Shown here: positions 59,729 through 64,000 of the stretch, one piece after another
How positions within the stretch are numbered: the stretch's first letter is position 1
Layout: every line of letters starts with the position of its first letter
Source of the DNA: Chitinophaga pinensis
GTDB taxonomy: Bacteria > Bacteroidota > Bacteroidia > 2-12-FULL-35-15
Assembly: GCA_945885475.1 (NCBI GenBank)
Contig: CAMCYR010000010.1
Coordinates: 10,536 to 74,535, forward strand
Length of the DNA stretch: 64,000 nt
Reading direction: 5' to 3'
Translations under genes and position numbers: made by a program
The notes under the pieces: generated by a model
Database searches by the model: none
The model's input: the letters and a program-made list of their open reading frames with translations, nothing else
What the model was told of the DNA's origin: nothing

Positions 59729-61828
59729 TTAAAGGATCAATTCCAGCGCGCCTTCATCCTTCACCGCATAATATTCCTGATCTAAAGCTGTGCATTCTTC
59801 TTTCCATTTCCCGATCTTGCTGTCGGAATTGGATGAATCAAAAATGAGCATTTTTGCATGAAAGATTTGTTTTATTTCCTGCACAGTCATCTTCACATTT
59901 CCACTCACAATTAGGTAATCTAGACTTAATGGTTCGCTGTCCGGGGATTTGAATTCAATCGGATATTGCAAGATCATGATGCGTTTATCTAGGAATTGAA
60001 TAAAACCGGATGTTAACTGAAAGGTTTCTGTTTTAAAATCAGCTGAAATTACCCGCGAATCAGTAACTCCCAAGTCCCACCAATTGTGCACGATGTGAAA
60101 CGATAATCTACTTTTGTTTTTTGCAAAAACGGAATCTGTCAGCAACACTGTATTTTTTCCGTTAATAAAATCGATTGCAGACGTTTTAGGAATGTTATAA
60201 ACCATAATTTTCTTTTGCTTGTATTCCGTATACTGCTCAAGGGTTTGGCTGACAAGAATGATAATACCGAACGACAACGACAACATCAGGTATTTGTATT
60301 GCCTTGTGCTTGTATAAACAAACAATAAAATAGTCAAACCATAAAGCAACCAGGTTTCAAAAACTGAAATGGATATTCCTTGTAGCACTGAAAATGGTAG
60401 CGATTCAATCCATTTAACGGAAAAATTTAAGAACCAGATAAGCCATGTAAAGGCTATTGCTAAATAGTTAACGACAAAGGGAATAGGAGAAAAAGTGAAT
60501 ACAGCAATACCGATATAAAGGATAAGTGTAGATATCGGTATAACAATCAGATTTGATAGTAGAAAGTAATTCGGAAATTGGTGAAAGTACTGTAATCCCA
60601 AAGGAAATGTTGCGATCTGAGCAGCAATTGACACAGATGTTATCTTCCAGATCTGATCGAGCAACCAATTGTCGATTTCGAACCATGCATGGATTTTTGG
60701 CTGGATGTATACAATACCTACAACGGCTAGGTATGAAAGTTGAAACCCTACTTCCATTATCAGATAAGGATTGAACAGCAATAATAAAATAGCTGAAGCG
60801 GCAAGTGTATTATAAATATTAGTATGCCTGCTAAATGTTTTTGCAACAATAATAAAACTAAACATTGTTGCCGCTCTTAAAACGGAAGGAGACAAACCTG
60901 TGAGTGCTGCATAAAACCAAAGAAACAAAATTAGAAGAATCGCTTTAATGATTCTACCTCTTTTATGTTTATCTAAAAAAAACAACATCCAGCTGAAAAC
61001 CATATAAACAATGGCTACATGCAATCCAGAAACGGACAATACATGAAGTGCTCCTGTATTGGAATATGCCGAAATGATATCCGCATCTAACTTATCGGTG
61101 TAGCCCAACAGCAATGCTGCTCCAACAGATAATTCATCGCCTGTCAATTGATTCTCCTGAAACACGTCTAATAAATTTTTTCTCAATTGGATGCAACGGC
61201 TCATTATGAAATCGCCTGAATTGCATCCAGCATTCATCCAGCCTTTATCGGATACGTATGCCTGTTGCCAGATATTATGGAAAGAAAGAAAACGTTTGTA
61301 ATTGAACTCACCGGGATTTTGAGGAGCGGGTACTTCTTTAAATTGAGTTTGGATTATCAGCTCGTCACCGTATTTTAAATTAAGCGCAGCATCGTTCTTT
61401 TTGAAATGCAGCATTGCTTTTCCTTTGCTTCTCCTCCATTCATTGCCATCTCTTACTGCAAGAACTTCTACCACCACTTTCAACGATTTTTCTTTTTCAA
61501 TATATGAATCAGCCAGCCTGGCATACACAATATTGTTTTCGGAACAGTACTTGGAAAAATGATTTGGAGAATATTTCTGTGTATGAAAAAGAGTTAGCTG
61601 ATAAGCAAAAATAATAAGCGAGGTGTTTAATAGAAGACCAAACCAAAAAGACCTGCGGTAGACAGTATTGAATTTGGGGATTAAAACGATTGCCGCTATT
61701 ACCACAAAAAGGCAGGAAGCGAATACGAGGATTGTATGCAGCTGAACAGAGAAATAAACAGCAAGTACGATACCTACTAAAAAAGGAAGCAGCAAACGAA
61801 CTAAAGGAGCCTGATTCCAGACTTTCAT
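59729..61828 (-). CDS. comEC: ComEC/Rec2 family DNA internalisation channel protein (no C-terminal metallo-beta-lactamase domain)
   Basis: N-terminal DUF4131-like TM region and the competence domain (ALHVLSVSGLHVAIV). Confidence 0.8.
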   Translation of the reverse strand: MKVWNQAPLVRLLLPFLVGIVLAVYFSVQLHTILVFASCLFVVIAAIVLIPKFNTVYRRSFWFGLLLNTSLIIFAYQLTLFHTQKYSPNHFSKYCSENNIVYARLADSYIEKEKSLKVVVEVLAVRDGNEWRRSKGKAMLHFKKNDAALNLKYGDELIIQTQFKEVPAPQNPGEFNYKRFLSFHNIWQQAYVSDKGWMNAGCNSGDFIMSRCIQLRKNLLDVFQENQLTGDELSVGAALLLGYTDKLDADIISAYSNTGALHVLSVSGLHVAIVYMVFSWMLFFLDKHKRGRIIKAILLILFLWFYAALTGLSPSVLRAATMFSFIIVAKTFSRHTNIYNTLAASAILLLLFNPYLIMEVGFQLSYLAVVGIVYIQPKIHAWFEIDNWLLDQIWKITSVSIAAQIATFPLGLQYFHQFPNYFLLSNLIVIPISTLILYIGIAVFTFSPIPFVVNYLAIAFTWLIWFLNFSVKWIESLPFSVLQGISISVFETWLLYGLTILLFVYTSTRQYKYLMLSLSFGIIILVSQTLEQYTEYKQKKIMVYNIPKTSAIDFINGKNTVLLTDSVFAKNKSRLSFHIVHNWWDLGVTDSRVISADFKTETFQLTSGFIQFLDKRIMILQYPIEFKSPDSEPLSLDYLIVSGNVKMTVQEIKQIFHAKMLIFDSSNSDSKIGKWKEECTALDQEYYAVKDEGALELIL

Positions 61829-61868
61829 AATATACTGATGGATGAAACGCGAATGTAGGAAACTATGC

Positions 61869-61912
61869 TTTACTTCATTAAAATAAATTCATATTTATTT
61901 TAATGAAGTAAA
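61869..61912. promoter_or_regulatory. Perfect 19-bp inverted repeat (6-bp spacer) 41-84 bp upstream of the comEC start. Candidate operator or hairpin
   Basis: tttacttcattaaaataaa-ttcata-tttattttaatgaagtaaa followed by T7. Confidence 0.5.
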
Positions 61913-62178
61913 TTTTTTTCTGTTTCACTTAACACATCCTGTTTTCAGATCAAAACTATGTGACTATCTTTTTTTCTTGATAAGTTTAGAAACCTTCGCA
62001 CTTCTTTTCCACGTCTGCTAATGTAAACTTCCCCAAAGATCAGCGGGATAACCAATCGTTGATTTTCGAATGAATTTTAGCATTCAGCGTATTTTCCATT
62101 GTTTATTTTTTTTGATTGTTTGAACACTGCAAACGTAGGAATGTTTATCTGTATTCTATATGAGCGTTGTCATTTCGG

Positions 62179-62904
62179 CTATTTCCAGCGGTACTTAAAA
62201 CTTTCGTATTTCCCTTTTATTGCCATTACCAATTCGAACTGACTGGCATTTTGGATGAATTCATCACTTAAATTGAGGTATTTTACAAATGCTTCAAACT
62301 CATCATCCTTCAGATCAATTACTTCGTATTTCACATATAAGTGAAATAGATCCTTCAAGATATCACGTTTAAGATCTTCATTTTCCCATTCAGCAACTTT
62401 CTGTTTTGATTTTGAAAACTTGCTGAAGCGCTCATACAATGCCGTGATTGGACTTTCAATTGCATTTATACCTTGAGTAGAATAGCTTTTTCGGAGCCCC
62501 AATTTATCAATATCGTTTTGAATCTCATTCAAACTCCGATTCGCGAAAACACTTACTTCTTTTAATTCAAATTGAAGCTTATGTAAAGCAATCTCGAAAT
62601 ACGAATTTCCATTTGCAAGTGAGTCCTTAAAACAAATAGATCTCACTCTAAATCCGATAGCAGAAAACAGGATGGTATCGGCTGGTTGGATCAGTAGTGC
62701 GAATTTCCCTTCAGCATCCGCAAATGTTCCATTATTTGTTCGTTTGTTAATAATCATTGTCCGGGTAAGTGGCAGCGACTTATTGTCTTTATCGAAAACT
62801 TTCCCCGATATTTTTATTGTTACTTGTGCATCAGCGGAATGTTGAGCCAGCGAAAATGTTATAATTGTAAAGAATTGGAATAAAAAATAAAGTCTTTTTT
62901 TCAT
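62179..62904 (-). CDS. Carboxypeptidase-regulatory-like (CarboxypepD_reg) domain secreted protein
   Basis: Signal peptide. N-terminal VTIKISGKVFDKDNKSLPLTRTMIINKRTNNGTFADAEGKFAL has the CarboxypepD_reg fold signature. Confidence 0.6.
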   Translation of the reverse strand: MKKRLYFLFQFFTIITFSLAQHSADAQVTIKISGKVFDKDNKSLPLTRTMIINKRTNNGTFADAEGKFALLIQPADTILFSAIGFRVRSICFKDSLANGNSYFEIALHKLQFELKEVSVFANRSLNEIQNDIDKLGLRKSYSTQGINAIESPITALYERFSKFSKSKQKVAEWENEDLKRDILKDLFHLYVKYEVIDLKDDEFEAFVKYLNLSDEFIQNASQFELVMAIKGKYESFKYRWK

Positions 62905-62934
62905 TGAGCTAGAAACGCAGTTTATCCGTATTTA

Positions 62935-63618
62935 TTATGACTTTGTTTCTACTTCGAACACTTCAACCACATCGTCTTCCTTTTTCTTTTTCTTTTTCCT
63001 GATGAGTTTCGCTTTTGATTCTTCTTTACGGAGTAAGCGTTCAATGTTTTTCTGATGTGTTATCAATACCATTATGGCAATCAAGATAGAAAAGATGATC
63101 AGTGATGGTACTTTCGTTTGAAACACATAAATAATGATAACCGGAAAACAGATTGCAGAAATCATAGAACTCAAAGAAACATAACTCGAAATAAGTAAAA
63201 TAATAATAAAAATACCTATACTGATCAATGCCCCATAAGGATGAACTCCCAAAACAATACCCAATAATGTAGCAATTCCTTTTCCACCTCTGAATGACGC
63301 AAATACCGGAAAAATATGGCCGACCAAAGAAGCAATACCCAAAACTAATTCCAAATTAATGAACTGATTGGAATTGGGCAGGTACGGACTAAAATCCGCA
63401 AGACTAACAGCCGCGAGTCCTTTCAAAATATCAATTAACAACACAGGGATACCTGCTCTTTTCCCAAGTACTCTGAACGTGTTGGTAGCACCGGCATTTC
63501 CGCTGCCGTACTCACGCACATCAATCTTGTAGAAAAACTTCCCGATCCATACCGCAGTTGGTATGGAGCCCAGTAAGTATCCTCCTAAAAGCAATAATAT
63601 ATTAGAAATGTTTATCAC
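62935..63618 (-). CDS. plsY: Glycerol-3-phosphate acyltransferase PlsY
   Basis: GSGNAGATN, FKGGKG motifs and Lys-rich C-terminal tail. Confidence 0.9.
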   Translation of the reverse strand: MINISNILLLLGGYLLGSIPTAVWIGKFFYKIDVREYGSGNAGATNTFRVLGKRAGIPVLLIDILKGLAAVSLADFSPYLPNSNQFINLELVLGIASLVGHIFPVFASFRGGKGIATLLGIVLGVHPYGALISIGIFIIILLISSYVSLSSMISAICFPVIIIYVFQTKVPSLIIFSILIAIMVLITHQKNIERLLRKEESKAKLIRKKKKKKEDDVVEVFEVETKS

Positions 63619-63986
63619 TATTCTTCTGCGCTTTGAGTTTTACGTAAGAATTGAATTTTCTTTGCTGCTGTTGTGATATTGAAATTATAATTCGGCTCTT
63701 TCTTTTCTTTATCACCATCTTTTTGACGTTTTTCAGGCTTCAATTCCTTGATCGCCGTATTGAATGCTTCATTAGATGAAATGGCCAACATGGTTCCTCT
63801 TGTATAGTTAAAAAAGTACCAGTTGTTTGCATCCAATTCTAAATAAATATTAAGGATGTCGCCACCGCGTTTCTTGATGATCTCTACTCTGCCGTCCACA
63901 TATTTATTGATCTGTGTTTTATTGATATTCCCGATTCCCAATTTACCGGAGGATGTATACGAACGTGTTTCCTTGTTCCATTTCAT
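63618..63986 (-). CDS. Hypothetical protein. The reading frame stays open to the window edge, so it may be 5'-truncated
   Basis: Its stop overlaps the plsY start by 1 nt (operon). No recognised domain. Confidence 0.45.
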   Translation of the reverse strand: MKWNKETRSYTSSGKLGIGNINKTQINKYVDGRVEIIKKRGGDILNIYLELDANNWYFFNYTRGTMLAISSNEAFNTAIKELKPEKRQKDGDKEKKEPNYNFNITTAAKKIQFLRKTQSAEE

Positions 63987-64000
63987 TTTTACGTCGGTCA

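Noticed and set aside
1-64000. Mobile genetic elements or integrated islands
   Set aside because: No transposase, integrase, recombinase, phage structural or conjugation genes were recognised. The tRNA-like gene is not flanked by an integrase or direct repeats.

Overview
This is a low-GC (roughly 37-38%) chromosomal segment whose gene content and synteny point to Bacteroidota, probably the Flavobacteriia or Sphingobacteriia. The evidence for that placement is the T9SS type-A and type-B C-terminal sorting domains, the conserved minus-strand block bamD / rpoZ-like / coaBC / DUF4835 / recN / fabI, the thrS-infC-rpmI-rplT operon, clpC divergent from gyrA, and a Bacteroidota-style ComEC and PlsY. 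The window is mostly housekeeping: pyrD, HMG-CoA lyase, a fatty-acid desaturase, a cold-shock protein, a YggS family PLP enzyme, a D-3-phosphoglycerate dehydrogenase-like dehydrogenase, pyrC, two DEAD-box helicases, an SPFH protein and others. I found no transposase, integrase, CRISPR array or recognisable defence island. The non-routine observations are listed here in order of interest. (1) An RNase P RNA gene (rnpB, minus strand, about 57268-57613) whose 3'-terminal 49 nt, T-run, spacer, a palindromic hairpin and the start codon of the downstream secreted-protein gene are tandemly triplicated as three diverged 152-bp units (56861-57316). (2) A 36-bp palindromic hairpin element present in four copies (three in that repeat, one at 44637). 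(3) A tRNA-Arg(ACG)-like gene lacking the universally conserved G18, G19 and C56. (4) An infC that probably starts at AUA behind a perfect AGGAGGA Shine-Dalgarno, which is rare in this phylum. (5) A 941-aa T9SS cargo protein carrying a phage tail-fibre-type (peptidase S74-like) intramolecular chaperone domain, adjacent to a type-B CTD protein. (6) A tandem pair of paralogous small secreted proteins plus a lipoprotein. (7) A 58-nt tandem repeat and hairpin array beside the csp terminator. (8) A 19-bp perfect palindrome in the comEC promoter region. I cannot demonstrate a clear novel multi-gene system from sequence alone. The candidates above are the places to look.
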